In this document: in pieces, positions 20,885 to 30,702 of the stretch
How the letters are laid out: the number at the start of each line of letters is the position of its first letter
How positions within the stretch are numbered: the stretch's first letter is position 1
The notes under the pieces: model-generated
The model's input: the letters and a program-made list of their open reading frames with translations, nothing else
Databases searched by the model: none
Told to the model about the DNA's origin: nothing
Made by a program: the position numbers and the translations under genes
Source: an uncultured bacterium
GTDB taxonomy: Bacteria > Lernaellota > Lernaellaia > Lernaellales > Lernaellaceae
Length of the DNA: 39,159 nt
Assembly: GCA_964534375.1 (NCBI GenBank)
Contig: CAZHPN010000037.1
Coordinates: 1-39,159, forward strand
Direction: 5' to 3'

Positions 20885-21904
20885 ATCAAAGCCTTCGCCG
20901 TAGTCGTCAACATGAAAGCGCGGAAGGTTCGCCAATCCACGCTGGACATGATCAGCCAGCACGTGGACGTGGACGACGTGTACGTCACGCGCACAATCGA
21001 ACAATCCGACCAAAGCCTGGACGAAATCATCGAAAAGAAATATCCGCTCGTGCTCTCCGGCGGCGGCGACGGCACCGCGATGCGCATCATCGAGCAGATG
21101 CGCCTCAAGGTCGGCCGGAAAAACGCCGCGGGCGGCCAATTTGCGGTCCCGAGATTCGGGTTGCTCAAGCTCGGCACGGGCAACGGCTGGGCGGGGCTGC
21201 TGGAGACGCCGGCGCGCGTGGCGCCGATCTGGGCGTTGCGCCAGATGCGCGAGCACGAGATGAAATTCACGCCGTTTAACATGATCGAGTCGGAAAACCG
21301 CCTTTGCCACTTCGGCGGGTTCGGCCTGGATGCGCTGATCCTCAACAACTACATCGACCTGAAAAACCGCTTCAAAAAAGGGTTCATGTGGAAGTTGAGC
21401 AACAGCATGATCGGCTACCTCTGGGCGACGTTCATGATTTCGGCGCCGCAGGTGGTGATTCGGCGTTTCGCGATGAACGTGCGCATCGTCAACAACAGCG
21501 AGGAGCCCGTGTTTCTTGTCGGGCCGGACGGCGCGTTCGAGCAACTGCCGCTCAAGAAGGGCGAGACGCTCTACGAAGGGCGCACGCTGATCGTCGGCGT
21601 CGGCACGACCAGCAATTACGGTTTCAAACTGAAGATTTTTCCCTGGGCGTGCGCCAAGCCGGGCTACATGAATTTGCGGATCGGCGACACGAACGTCCCG
21701 CAGATAATGGCCAACGTTCGCCCAGTTTGGGCCGGCCGCCCTGGCGTGCCGGGCCTGAAAGACTGGCTGGTCAAAGACGTGATCGTCGAATCCGAGAAAG
21801 AGATGCCCTACCAACTCGGCGGCGACCCCGAGGGCTACCGCACCCGCGGTCAATTCAAGGTTTCCGACTTCACCGTGGACATGCTCGACTTCCGCCGGCC
21901 GTAA
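20885..21904 (+). CDS. Diacylglycerol/lipid kinase family protein
   Basis: SGGGDGT, LKLGTGNGWA, GFGLDA, YQLGGD. First ATG is at 20912, but the conserved first strand (AVVVN) and an AAGGAG SD point to ATC 20885. Confidence 0.8.
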   Translation: MKAFAVVVNMKARKVRQSTLDMISQHVDVDDVYVTRTIEQSDQSLDEIIEKKYPLVLSGGGDGTAMRIIEQMRLKVGRKNAAGGQFAVPRFGLLKLGTGNGWAGLLETPARVAPIWALRQMREHEMKFTPFNMIESENRLCHFGGFGLDALILNNYIDLKNRFKKGFMWKLSNSMIGYLWATFMISAPQVVIRRFAMNVRIVNNSEEPVFLVGPDGAFEQLPLKKGETLYEGRTLIVGVGTTSNYGFKLKIFPWACAKPGYMNLRIGDTNVPQIMANVRPVWAGRPGVPGLKDWLVKDVIVESEKEMPYQLGGDPEGYRTRGQFKVSDFTVDMLDFRRP

Positions 21905-21962
21905 CGGCGAGACGATTCACGCTTCTTGTCCCCGTGTCGCTCGCAGCCCGACCGACCGGCCG

Positions 21963-22676
21963 CTACGATGCCGCGCGGCGTTCCTCGGCAAAGCGCGTGC
22001 GGGCCGAGGCGGCCAACAGCGCGGCCGCGTCGTCGGCGGTTAGGTTCTCGGTGTTGAGGGTCAGGTCGTAATTCGCGGGATTGTCGATCTCCGCGCCGAA
22101 GTGCTTGCGAATGAAGGTGCGGCGGCTGTTGTCGGATTTGCTGACGTATTTCAACGCGTCAACATACGGCACGTTCTTGATCTTGGCGATCTGCTCGGCC
22201 CGCAGTTTGAGCGGCGCGATCAGCCGGATGCGCCAGACGTTGAACTGCGGGTCGCCGCCCAGGATAAAGCTCGCCCCGCGGCCGACGATGACGGCGTTCC
22301 CATGCTTGCCGATCGCGGTGATCGTCTTGACCAGGTGCTTGAGGTAGTCGTCCAGCCAGAGCCGGCGCTGGTTGGCCCAGTCGGCGATCCAGTCCTCCAT
22401 CGTCGAGCGCCAATGCTCGTCGACGGTTGCGACCATCGCCTCGCTGATATTGGCGCTCTCGGCGATCCGCTGGATGATCTCGTGCTCGAAATGATCGAAG
22501 CCGAGTTCGCGCGCCATCTGCTCCGCGATCGCCGAACCGCAGCAGCCGGTTTCCCGCGACACGGTGACGGTCCGCGGCGGACCGGCGGGCGCGCGCGTCT
22601 CCATCGCCCGTTGCAGGTTCCACTTGCGTATTTGCTGATCCAGAATATGGTCGATCGATCGGCTCCGAATGTGCAT
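21963..22676 (-). CDS. Cytidylate kinase-like family protein (Cytidylate_kin2)
   Basis: VTVSRETGCCGSAIA, NAVIVGRGASFIL, IRLIAP...R, D..R..F...F..ID.P..YDLTLNT. Confidence 0.85.
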   Translation of the reverse strand: MHIRSRSIDHILDQQIRKWNLQRAMETRAPAGPPRTVTVSRETGCCGSAIAEQMARELGFDHFEHEIIQRIAESANISEAMVATVDEHWRSTMEDWIADWANQRRLWLDDYLKHLVKTITAIGKHGNAVIVGRGASFILGGDPQFNVWRIRLIAPLKLRAEQIAKIKNVPYVDALKYVSKSDNSRRTFIRKHFGAEIDNPANYDLTLNTENLTADDAAALLAASARTRFAEERRAAS

Positions 22677-22877
22677 GCTTCTCCCCTTCCTTTTGTCTCA
22701 CCCGGCAATTCATCGATAACGATGGGCGGCGGCGACCGCAATGCAGGGAATACCTGAGCGCAGGGCGGCCCGGGTTTCGCCATTCGCCAGTCAACATTCT
22801 GCATTCCGAATTTCGGCGCTTGTCTGCCTGGCGCGGCCGGCATAACGTAGGCCTCGCACCCTCGGCGGAGTTTTTAC

Positions 22878-23687
22878 ATGACCTATTTTGCCGGCAAAAC
22901 GGCAATCGTGACCGGCGGCGCCTCGGGCATCGGCCGCGCGCTGTGCCGGGAACTGGCGCGGCGCGGCGTCGCCGTGACCGTCGCCGACATCAACGAAGAC
23001 GGCGCGCAGGCCGCCGCGCGGGAGATTCGCGAAACCGGCGGCAAGGCCGTCGCCGCGCCTCTGGACGTCACGGATCGCGAAGCGGTCTTTGCGCTCGTCG
23101 AGCAAGCCGGCCGCCTCGATTTCATGTTCAACAACGCCGGCATGTGCATCGAAGGCGAAATGCGCGACATGGATTTCGACCTCTGGAAACGAATCGTCGA
23201 CATCAATTTGTGGGGCGTGATTCATGGCTCGGCCGCGGCCTACGCCAAGATGGTCCGCCAGGGAGCGGGGCACATCGTCAACGTGGCGTCGGCCGCGGGC
23301 CTGATGCCCATCCCGACCCAGGCCGCGTATTCGATGACGAAATTCGGCGTGGTCGGTTTGACGCAAGCGTTGCGCGTCGAGGGCGCGGAACTCGGCGTGC
23401 GCGTGAGCGCGGTCTGTCCGGGCTTCATCGACACGGCGATGCCGGGCAACGCGCCGGTGCTCAACGTGCGGCGCGAAGACGTCCTCGACAAGCTGCCGTT
23501 CAAGCTGTTTCCGCCGGAGCGGCTGGCGGAGATCATCCTGGCCGGCATCGCGCGCAATCGGGCGATCATCGTCGCGCCGTGGTACGTCCGCTCGCTTTGG
23601 TGGGGATATCGCCTGTGCCCGACGCTCCTGGAGTTGACCATCGGGCGTTGGGCCGTGCGCGAATTTCGACGGCTCCGGGAAGTTTGA
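22878..23687 (+). CDS. SDR family oxidoreductase
   Basis: TGGASGIG, FNNAG, VNVASAAG, YSMTK, VCPGFIDT. GGAG SD. Confidence 0.93.
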   Translation: MTYFAGKTAIVTGGASGIGRALCRELARRGVAVTVADINEDGAQAAAREIRETGGKAVAAPLDVTDREAVFALVEQAGRLDFMFNNAGMCIEGEMRDMDFDLWKRIVDINLWGVIHGSAAAYAKMVRQGAGHIVNVASAAGLMPIPTQAAYSMTKFGVVGLTQALRVEGAELGVRVSAVCPGFIDTAMPGNAPVLNVRREDVLDKLPFKLFPPERLAEIILAGIARNRAIIVAPWYVRSLWWGYRLCPTLLELTIGRWAVREFRRLREV

Positions 23688-23724
23688 GCGAGCGCGGGCG
23701 GGCGTCCCGCCGACTTCTGATCGT

Positions 23725-24855
23725 CTACTCTCCGAGCTTCCGCGGCGGTTCTTCGCGCCGCAGCCCCTCGTCGAAATCCTTCCACACCGGCTCTTTCCCG
23801 GCGGCGGCGATGGCGCTCGCGACTTCGGCGGGCGAACGGGCGTCGTGGACGGCGAACTGGTCTCCGCTCGCCGATTCGGCCTGGTAGCCGCCCACGGACG
23901 TCTTGCTGCCGGCGCTCATGCGGGTGACGCCGAGGGGCGCCAGGCGGTCGCGCAGGGCGGCGGGTTCGCGCGTCGAGATGACGATTTCGGCGTCGGGGAA
24001 CGCGAGGCGCAGAGCGACGATCATGTGCGTCAGGTCGCGATCGGACGCCGGCTGCGGCGGGGCAAAGCCGCCCGCCGCGGGCCGCAAGCGCGGAAAGCTG
24101 AACGCGACGCGGCTGCGCCAGAAACGCTTTTGCAGATATTGCCCGTGCAGCGCCAGCGCCAGCGCTTCGTCCCGCCAGTTTGCGAGGCCGAGCAGCGCCC
24201 CGACGCCGAGCGTGCGGAACCCGGTCTCGCCGCCGGCTTCCATCGCCGCCAGCCGCGCATCGAAATCGGCTTTCGGGCCGTTGTGCAGCGTCGCGTACAG
24301 CTCGCGGTCGTACGTCTCCTGATAGAGCGTCAGGCTGTCGACGCCGACTTGTTCGAGGCGCCGGTACGCCCCGATATCGGTCGGAAATACCTCGATCCCG
24401 ATCCCGGAGAAACGGCCGGCGAGGGCGCTTGCGACGGCTTCCAAGTCGTCGACCGAAAACGCGCCGGGGGCTTCGCCCGAGACTAGCAGGATGTGGCGGA
24501 ACCCTTCGCGCCACAGCACATCCGCCTCGGCGAGGGCCTCGTCGACGCTCAGCCGGCGGCGGACCACATGGCGCGACCGCGCGAAGCCGCAGTAGACGCA
24601 ATCGTTGACGCAGTAATTCGAAAGATACAGCGGGGCGTAAAGTTGGACGACCTTGCCGAAGCGGCGGACAGTCAGCGCCGCGGCGCGCGCGGCCATCTCT
24701 TCGAGAAATTCGTCCGCGGCGCGTGCGAAGAGCAGCGGCAGATCGTTCGGGTTCGCCCGCCGAATCGCCGCCGCGGTCTGGTCGCGCGTCGCCGCGTTTT
24801 GCCGCGCGCGGATTTCGCGCCAATCGACGGCGCGCAATTTGTCGGCGAAAGTCAC
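23725..24855 (-). CDS. thiH: 2-iminoacetate synthase ThiH (radical SAM)
   Basis: [58 protein letters not shown]...D.RS. GTG overlaps the thiG stop (GTGA). Confidence 0.93.
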   Translation of the reverse strand: MTFADKLRAVDWREIRARQNAATRDQTAAAIRRANPNDLPLLFARAADEFLEEMAARAAALTVRRFGKVVQLYAPLYLSNYCVNDCVYCGFARSRHVVRRRLSVDEALAEADVLWREGFRHILLVSGEAPGAFSVDDLEAVASALAGRFSGIGIEVFPTDIGAYRRLEQVGVDSLTLYQETYDRELYATLHNGPKADFDARLAAMEAGGETGFRTLGVGALLGLANWRDEALALALHGQYLQKRFWRSRVAFSFPRLRPAAGGFAPPQPASDRDLTHMIVALRLAFPDAEIVISTREPAALRDRLAPLGVTRMSAGSKTSVGGYQAESASGDQFAVHDARSPAEVASAIAAAGKEPVWKDFDEGLRREEPPRKLGE

Positions 24856-25643
24856 GGCGTGTCGTTCCGCAAGAATCCGGTCAGCGGGCTCGACGCGCGC
24901 GCGTGCGCCGTCGTTTCGGCGGCCCCGGCGAGCCGCGCCAGAACGCCGGCCTCTGCCGCCAGTTTGAAGGCGCGGGCCATTTGCACCGGGTCGTCGGCGA
25001 TGGCGATCGCGGTGTTGACGAGCACGGCGTCGGCGCCCATTTCCATGGCCTCGGCCGCGTGGCTCGGCAGGCCGAGGCCGGCGTCGACGACGACCGGCAC
25101 GGTCGCCTGGGCGATGATGATTTCGATCTGGTCGCGGGTGCGCAGGCCGCGGGCGGAGCCGATCGGCGCGGCCAGCGGCATTACGGTCGCGCAGCCGACG
25201 TCGGCGAGCCGCCGGGCGAGAATCGGATCGGCGTTCATGTACGGCAAGACAACAAAGCCGTCTTGGACCAGCCGTTCGGCCGCCTTGAGCGTCTCCACCG
25301 GATCGGGCAGCAGATAAGTCGGTTCCGGCGTGACTTCGAGTTTGATCCAATTGTTGCCGGTCGCGGCCCGCGCGAGTCGCGCCAGGCGCACGGCCTCGTC
25401 GGCGTCGCGCGCGCCGGAGGTGTTGGGCAGCAGCCGGTATTTGGTCAGGTCGAGGTGGGAAAGCGTCGGGTCGTGCGGGTTCTGCAAGTCGACCCGGCGC
25501 AGGGCGGCGGTAACAAGCTGCGTGCCGCTGGCGTCGAGCGCGGCGGCCATGACGCGCGGGTCGGGAAATTTGCCGGTGCCCACGAGCAGACGGCTGGCGA
25601 ATTCGACGCCGGCGATGACGAGCGGACCGTGTTCCGCGGGCAT
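24852..25643 (-). CDS. thiG: Thiazole synthase ThiG
   Basis: [64 protein letters not shown] before ATG 25643. Confidence 0.96.
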   Translation of the reverse strand: MPAEHGPLVIAGVEFASRLLVGTGKFPDPRVMAAALDASGTQLVTAALRRVDLQNPHDPTLSHLDLTKYRLLPNTSGARDADEAVRLARLARAATGNNWIKLEVTPEPTYLLPDPVETLKAAERLVQDGFVVLPYMNADPILARRLADVGCATVMPLAAPIGSARGLRTRDQIEIIIAQATVPVVVDAGLGLPSHAAEAMEMGADAVLVNTAIAIADDPVQMARAFKLAAEAGVLARLAGAAETTAHARASSPLTGFLRNDTP

Positions 25644-25664
25644 GTGCAACCTCCGTTCGCCCGT

Positions 25665-25716
25665 AAGAGCGCCCTTCCGGGCGCGATCGAGAAATCGCGC
25701 CCGGAAGGGCGCTCTT
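25665..25716. repeat. Perfect 23-bp inverted repeat between thiS and thiG
   Basis: AAGAGCGCCCTTCCGGGCGCGAT-cgagaa-ATCGCGCCCGGAAGGGCGCTCTT. Confidence 0.9.
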
Positions 25717-25725
25717 GCAGAGGGA

Positions 25726-25929
25726 TCAGCCTCCGCCGACGAAGCGGACGAGTTCGATGACGTCGCCGTCGGCAATCGGGGTTTGCGCGAGGCGGCCGGG
25801 CGCGACCACGTCGCCGTTGCGCTCGACGACCAGGTTCGCCGGCGGGACGTTCAGCAAGGTCAGCAATTCGCCGACCGTCGCCGCACCGGAAATTTCGTGC
25901 GCCTCGCCGTTGATGGAGATACGAATCAT
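25726..25929 (-). CDS. thiS: Sulfur carrier protein ThiS
   Basis: 67 aa with [29 protein letters not shown]-terminus. Confidence 0.95.
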   Translation of the reverse strand: MIRISINGEAHEISGAATVGELLTLLNVPPANLVVERNGDVVAPGRLAQTPIADGDVIELVRFVGGG

Positions 25930-25951
25930 GATGAAACTCGATGAGGAACTT

Positions 25952-26061
25952 TAAACACAGAGAGCAAGGAGGCGGGCACAGAGAACGCAGAGGAACTGAA
26001 GCAGCAAATCTTCCGTTTTCTCTGTGCTCTCTGTGTCATCGCTCTGTGCCCCCCGTGTTTA
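25952..26061. repeat. Imperfect palindrome built from CACAGAG/CTCTGTG units
   Basis: taaacacagagagc...cacagagaacgcagagg ... ctctgtgctctctgtg...ctctgtgccccccgtgttta. Same family as 20609-20689. Confidence 0.75.
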
Positions 26062-26067
26062 GATTTC

Positions 26068-27354
26068 TCAGTCACCTTTCACCCTTTGCCGGTACGTCCG
26101 TATCGCGCACAGGTCGCCGCACATCGTGCAGACCTCGTTGTTCTTGTCTTCGCTGGCCTGCCGGCGGGCGCGGGCAACGGTCGGGTCGACGCACAACGCG
26201 AACATCTTTTCCCAATCGAGATCGCGGCGCGCGCCGCTCATCGCGCGGTCGCGCTCGATCGCGCCGGGCACGCCCTTGGCGATATCGCCCGAGTGCGCCG
26301 CGATCTTTGCGGCGATCACGCCCTGCCGCACGTCTTTGAGATCGGGCAGCGTCAGGTGCTCGGCGGGCGTGACATAGCAAAGGAAATCGGCCCCCGCCGC
26401 CGCCGCCACCGCGCCGCCGATCGCCGACGTGATGTGATCGTAGCCGGGCGCGATGTCGGTGGTCAGCGGGCCGAGCACGTAAAACGGCGCGCCGTCGCAC
26501 AGTCGCTTCTGGATTTGCACGTTGGCGGCGACTTGGTCGAGCGGCACGTGGCCCGGGCCTTCGATCATCGACTGCACGCCGGCGGCGCGGGCGCGGCGGG
26601 CGAGGTCGCCCAGGACGATCAATTCCTCGATCTGGCCGCGATCGGTCGCGTCGACGACCGAGCCGGGGCGCAGCGAATCGCCGAGCGACAACGTCACGTC
26701 GCATTCGCGCGCGATTTCCAGCAGGCGATCGTAATATTCATACAGCGGGTTTTCCGCGCCGTTGGCTTTCATCCAGGCGGCGAGGATGCTGCCGCCGCGG
26801 CTGACGATGCCCATGACCCGGCCGCTTCGTTCGAGCGCAGCCAGCGCGGCCCGCGTCGTGCCGCAATGGACCGTGATGTAGTCGAGGCCGGTGGCACATT
26901 GGCGCGCGATCTCATCGAAGAGTTCGTCGACGGTGAAGTCGATCAGGTCGCGACCCTGGCAGGCGAGGGCGGCCGACAGGCAGTAGATCGGCACGGCGCC
27001 CATCATCACCGGGCACGCGGCGAGCAGCGCCGCGCGAATCGCGTGCAGGTCGCCGCCAGTGGACAGGTCCATCATCGAATCGGCGCCGGCCTCGATCGCG
27101 ACGCCCATTTTGACGAGCTCTTCGTCGATCGAAAAATGGCTGGGGCTCGTGCCGATGTTGGCGTTGATCTTGGTGCGCAGGCCTTCGCCGATGCCCATGG
27201 GGTGAAACGTGCGCCGCCGGTTCTGCGGGATCACCACGCGGCCCGCGACGAGGCGGGCGACGAGGGTCGCGACGGGCATTTTTTCGTCCGCGGCGACGAT
27301 CTGCACGGCCTCCGGAATCGCGCCGCCGCACACGGCGTCGAGCAGGGTCGTCAT
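26068..27354 (-). CDS. thiC: Phosphomethylpyrimidine synthase ThiC (short form)
   Basis: [84 protein letters not shown] before ATG 27354. Upstream TPP riboswitch. Confidence 0.95.
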   Translation of the reverse strand: MTTLLDAVCGGAIPEAVQIVAADEKMPVATLVARLVAGRVVIPQNRRRTFHPMGIGEGLRTKINANIGTSPSHFSIDEELVKMGVAIEAGADSMMDLSTGGDLHAIRAALLAACPVMMGAVPIYCLSAALACQGRDLIDFTVDELFDEIARQCATGLDYITVHCGTTRAALAALERSGRVMGIVSRGGSILAAWMKANGAENPLYEYYDRLLEIARECDVTLSLGDSLRPGSVVDATDRGQIEELIVLGDLARRARAAGVQSMIEGPGHVPLDQVAANVQIQKRLCDGAPFYVLGPLTTDIAPGYDHITSAIGGAVAAAAGADFLCYVTPAEHLTLPDLKDVRQGVIAAKIAAHSGDIAKGVPGAIERDRAMSGARRDLDWEKMFALCVDPTVARARRQASEDKNNEVCTMCGDLCAIRTYRQRVKGD

Positions 27355-27376
27355 GCTGCGCTCCTTCGCGTTAAGC

Positions 27377-27409
27377 AAAAAACTCCCGGGTCGTCACGAC
27401 CGGGAGTTT
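27377..27409 (-). terminator. Intrinsic terminator, expression platform of the TPP riboswitch
   Basis: Minus strand AAACTCCCGG-tcgtgacgac-CCGGGAGTTT followed by a T run, located between the aptamer and the thiC SD. Confidence 0.8.
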
Positions 27410-27441
27410 GCCATGCGCCGCCGCAAGAAAATCGCCGAACG

Positions 27442-27528
27442 CGGAAACTTCCTACGCGGGCATTACCCCGGTCAGGTTCAAGGGGTGGCTTCTCAGCGCG
27501 GTGCTGCCCACCGGCGCCCCCGTTCCCG
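27442..27528 (-). ncRNA. TPP riboswitch (THI element)
   Basis: Minus strand GGGGGCGCC...GCTGAGA..CCCCTTGAACCTGACCGGGGTAATGCCCGCGTAGGAAG matches the THI-box consensus, upstream of thiC. Confidence 0.95.
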
Positions 27529-27534
27529 AACCGG

Positions 27535-27563
27535 ATAGTAGTGCGGCGGATTCGGATTGTCCA
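27535..27563 (-). promoter_or_regulatory. Promoter of the thi operon
   Basis: Minus strand TGGACA-17 nt-TACTAT immediately 5' of the riboswitch. Confidence 0.65.
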
Positions 27564-27646
27564 GCGGAGATGGAGCCGCGGGCTGTGGTTGCAACGACCG
27601 CCGTCCCGGTCAATAATGACGCGCATCACGTCAAAGGCGACCGCTT

Positions 27647-28795
27647 ATGCGAATAAATCGTCTGCGCCTCGATAATTGGCGAAACTTTCGCGCTGTGGAC
27701 GCGCCGCTGCAGAAGCGTGTTTTTCTCGTCGGACCAAACGCTTCGGGCAAGTCGAATTTCTTGGATTCGCTGCGGTTTCTTCAAGACTTGGCCATCGACG
27801 GCGGAGGCCTTCGTGAAGCGGTGAACCGGCGGCGGGGCGTGGCGAAAATCCGTTGCCTGGCAGCCCGGAGGCCGCCCGACGTCGCGATAAAGGCCGAAAT
27901 TGTTGACGATTCGGAAAAATCAGCCGTGTGGACGTATCACGTGGTGTTCAATCAGGACAACAATAGCCGACCGATCGTCAAACAGGAGTTCGTGGCGCGC
28001 GGCGGGGAAACATTGCTGCAAAGGCCGGACAAGGATGACAGAGCGGACCCGGAGAGGTTGACGCAAACCCACCTGGAACAAGTGAACGCGAACAAAGAGT
28101 TTCGCCCGATCGTCGAGTTGTTTCGATCAATAAGATATTTGCATATTGTGCCGCAATTGGTGCGCGATCCGGGACGCTATGTGGCAAAGGACAAGGATCC
28201 GTTCGGCGGCGATTTCCTCGAACAAGTTGTGCGGACTACGCCGAAGACCGCCAGCGCCCGCTTTCGCGCGATCGCCGCCGTCTTGCAGGCGGCAGTCCCG
28301 CAACTCAAAGAGGTCAAGATCGAACGGGACGAGACGACGGGCGAACCCCATCTGATGGGTCGGTTTGAAAATTGGCGGCCCGGCGCCGGTTGGCAACGAG
28401 AAGACCAATTTTCCGATGGAACGCTGCGCATGATCGGTCTGCTCTGGGCGGTCTTCGAGGGTTCCGGTCCGTTGCTCTTGGAAGAACCGGAATTGTCGCT
28501 GCACGCCGGCGTCATCCGCCATCTGCCGCAGATGTTCGCAAAAGTCGCGCGAAAAAAAGGACGACAAATCATCATCAGCACCCATTCGCCCGAACTCCTG
28601 TCGGATCCGGGAATCGCGCCCGATGAAGTGTTGATGTTGCAACCGGACGCCGAAGGAACGCGGGTCGGGACGGCGGCAAACGATGCGGAAATCGTTGCTT
28701 TGCTGGAAGGCGGCTTGTCGATCGCGGATGTTGTGATTCCGAAGACGGCGCCGCCGAACGCGGAACAATTGGCTTTCTCTTTCGAATCCGATTGA
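27647..28795 (+). CDS. ABC/SMC-like AAA ATPase (AAA_21/COG4637-like)
   Basis: LRLDNWRNF, Walker A GPNASGKS, signature FSDGTLR, Walker B LLLEEPE, H-loop IISTHSP. No TM segments. Confidence 0.9.
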   Translation: MRINRLRLDNWRNFRAVDAPLQKRVFLVGPNASGKSNFLDSLRFLQDLAIDGGGLREAVNRRRGVAKIRCLAARRPPDVAIKAEIVDDSEKSAVWTYHVVFNQDNNSRPIVKQEFVARGGETLLQRPDKDDRADPERLTQTHLEQVNANKEFRPIVELFRSIRYLHIVPQLVRDPGRYVAKDKDPFGGDFLEQVVRTTPKTASARFRAIAAVLQAAVPQLKEVKIERDETTGEPHLMGRFENWRPGAGWQREDQFSDGTLRMIGLLWAVFEGSGPLLLEEPELSLHAGVIRHLPQMFAKVARKKGRQIIISTHSPELLSDPGIAPDEVLMLQPDAEGTRVGTAANDAEIVALLEGGLSIADVVIPKTAPPNAEQLAFSFESD

Positions 28796-28803
28796 TTTCG
28801 GCC

Positions 28804-29400
28804 ATGGCGGAAAAACGGATAAATTTGGTCGTGGAAGGCTATCCGGACGCGCAGGCGGCGACGAAGATTCTGCGGTATTTGAACTTTTCAACGGAAACCG
28901 TCTTCAATCGCCGCGGCAAATCACGAATTGACGAAAAACTTGCCGGTTTCAACTCCGCCGCCAGATCTACGGGAGCCTATTGGTTTGTGCTGCGCGACAT
29001 GGACACGGACGCCGATTGTGCGCCCGATTTGCGCGCGAAGTTGTTGCCGGCCCCGGCGGCGTCCATGTGTTTCCGCGTCGTGGTGCGCGCAATTGAATCG
29101 TGGCTGCTCGCAGATCGGGAAACCATGGCCGCGTTCCTTGCCGTGGCCCTGGCCAAAATCACAGGGTGGCCCGAAGCGCTTCCCAACCCGAAACAATACC
29201 TTATCGCCCTCGCGCGGACGTCGCGCAGAAAAGAGATATGCGAAGGAATGGTTCCGCGTGAGGGGAGCGGCGCGAAAGAAGGCCCTGAATATGCGTCGCT
29301 GCTCGGCCAATTCGTCGACCAAAATTGGCGGCCGGAGATCGCGGCAAAAAATAGCGACAGTTTGAGCCGTTGCCTGCGAAGTCTTCGAGCCTGGAAGTGA
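28804..29400 (+). CDS. TOPRIM-like protein (DUF4276-like), ATPase partner
   Basis: LVVEGYPD, LRDMD (DxD), AIESWLLAD, PNPK, C-terminal SDSL. Alternative TTG 28792 overlaps the ATPase stop. Confidence 0.75.
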   Translation: MAEKRINLVVEGYPDAQAATKILRYLNFSTETVFNRRGKSRIDEKLAGFNSAARSTGAYWFVLRDMDTDADCAPDLRAKLLPAPAASMCFRVVVRAIESWLLADRETMAAFLAVALAKITGWPEALPNPKQYLIALARTSRRKEICEGMVPREGSGAKEGPEYASLLGQFVDQNWRPEIAAKNSDSLSRCLRSLRAWK

Positions 29401-29517
29401 ACGCCGACGGCGATAAGGCGACAGAAACCTTCTTCCGCGCCGGTTGATTGACCCGCGCGCCGTTTCCTCCGATACTCGGCGCCCAAGAGCGGAAGAGGCT
29501 GGGAAGAAGGGGTTCGC

Positions 29518-30429
29518 ATGAACGCTCGCGAGCGTCGCGCCGCGCTGGCCATCGCCGAAACGCTGCTGCCGGCGGCGGAATTCAAACGGATTTCGTCTTT
29601 GGTGCTGCCGGATTCGGGGTTCGGTTACGACGACTTCGGGATGGAAAAGGAATCGGCGATTCTGGGGTACGCGGCCGGCTATTACGTGTACAAATACTGG
29701 TTTCGCGTTGAAAGCTTCGGCCACGCGAACATCCCGGCGGCCGGCCGCGCGTTGCTGACGCCGAACCATTCCGGCGTGCTGCCGATCGACGGCGCGATGA
29801 TGTGGGTCGATTTGCTGCACAAACTCCGGCCGCCGCGGGTGATGCGGGCGGTCGTCGACAACTTCATGGGCTTCCTGCCTTTCGTGAGCACGGTGATGTA
29901 TCGGACCGGGCAGGTCGTCGGCGCGCGCCGCAATTTTCAAGATCTGCTGTAGAACAACCAGATTGTCGCCGTGTTTCCCGAGGGCGCGAAGGGCACCGGC
30001 AAGTTGTATTCGCATCGCTACCGGCTGCTGCCGTTCAACGTCGGGTTTATCGAACTGTCGTTGACCTACAAGGCGCCGATTGTGCCGGTCGCCGTCATCG
30101 GCGGCGAGGAGCAGGCGCCGATGCTCTACGACATCCGGCCGATCGCCCGCGCGCTCCGGTTCCCCTATTTCCCGGTGACGCCGTTCTTTCCGCTGCTGGG
30201 GCCGCTCGGCGCCGTGCCGCTGCCGGTCAAGTATCATATTTATTACGGAACGCCGCTCCATTTTCACAAGGAATATCCGCGCGAGGCGGCGAACGACCCC
30301 GAGACCGTGCGGATGCTCGCCGACAAGGTGCAGATGATCATTCAGGGCATGACCGACGACGGCCTGAAAAAGCGCGACGGCGTCTTCGGCTTGATCGGGC
30401 GCGGCGTGTCGTTCGGCGATGTGGAGTGA
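29518..30429 (+). pseudogene. Lysophospholipid/glycerol acyltransferase (PlsC-like) interrupted by an in-frame TAG at 29950-29952
   Basis: ORFs 29518-29952 and 29971-30429 share one frame. NHSGVLPID lies before the TAG and VFPEG, APIVPVAVIG lie after it. Read-through would give 303 aa. Confidence 0.75.
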
Positions 30430-30440
30430 GGAGATTGCCT

Positions 30441-30701
30441 TTGCACAACGCGATCATCATTCATTCGCAGGACAACGTCGCGGTCGTCATCGCGCCGATC
30501 GCCGCCGGGGAACGGATTTCCGCGGCCGGCCGCGAGTGCGTCGCCGCCGAACCGATTCCGCAGCATCACAAGGTCGCGCTGGCGCCGATCGCCGCGGGCG
30601 CGCCGATCGTCAAGTACGGCGAAACCATCGGCGTCGCGGCGCGGCCGATCGCGGCCGGGCAGTGGGTGCACACGCACAACCTGACGTCGGCGGAGGAGTG
30701 A
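30441..30701 (+). CDS. UxaA/GarD/SuyA-type SAF-domain small subunit
   Basis: DNVAV, IPQHHKVAL, IVKYGETIG.A...I..GQWVHTHNL. GAGGAG SD 7 nt before TTG 30441. Confidence 0.88.
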   Translation: MHNAIIIHSQDNVAVVIAPIAAGERISAAGRECVAAEPIPQHHKVALAPIAAGAPIVKYGETIGVAARPIAAGQWVHTHNLTSAEE

Positions 30702-30702
30702 C

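Noticed and set aside
26068..27354. BzaA/BzaB/BzaF (cobamide lower-ligand synthesis) instead of ThiC
   Set aside because: The TPP riboswitch and co-transcription with thiS-thiG-thiH support ThiC.
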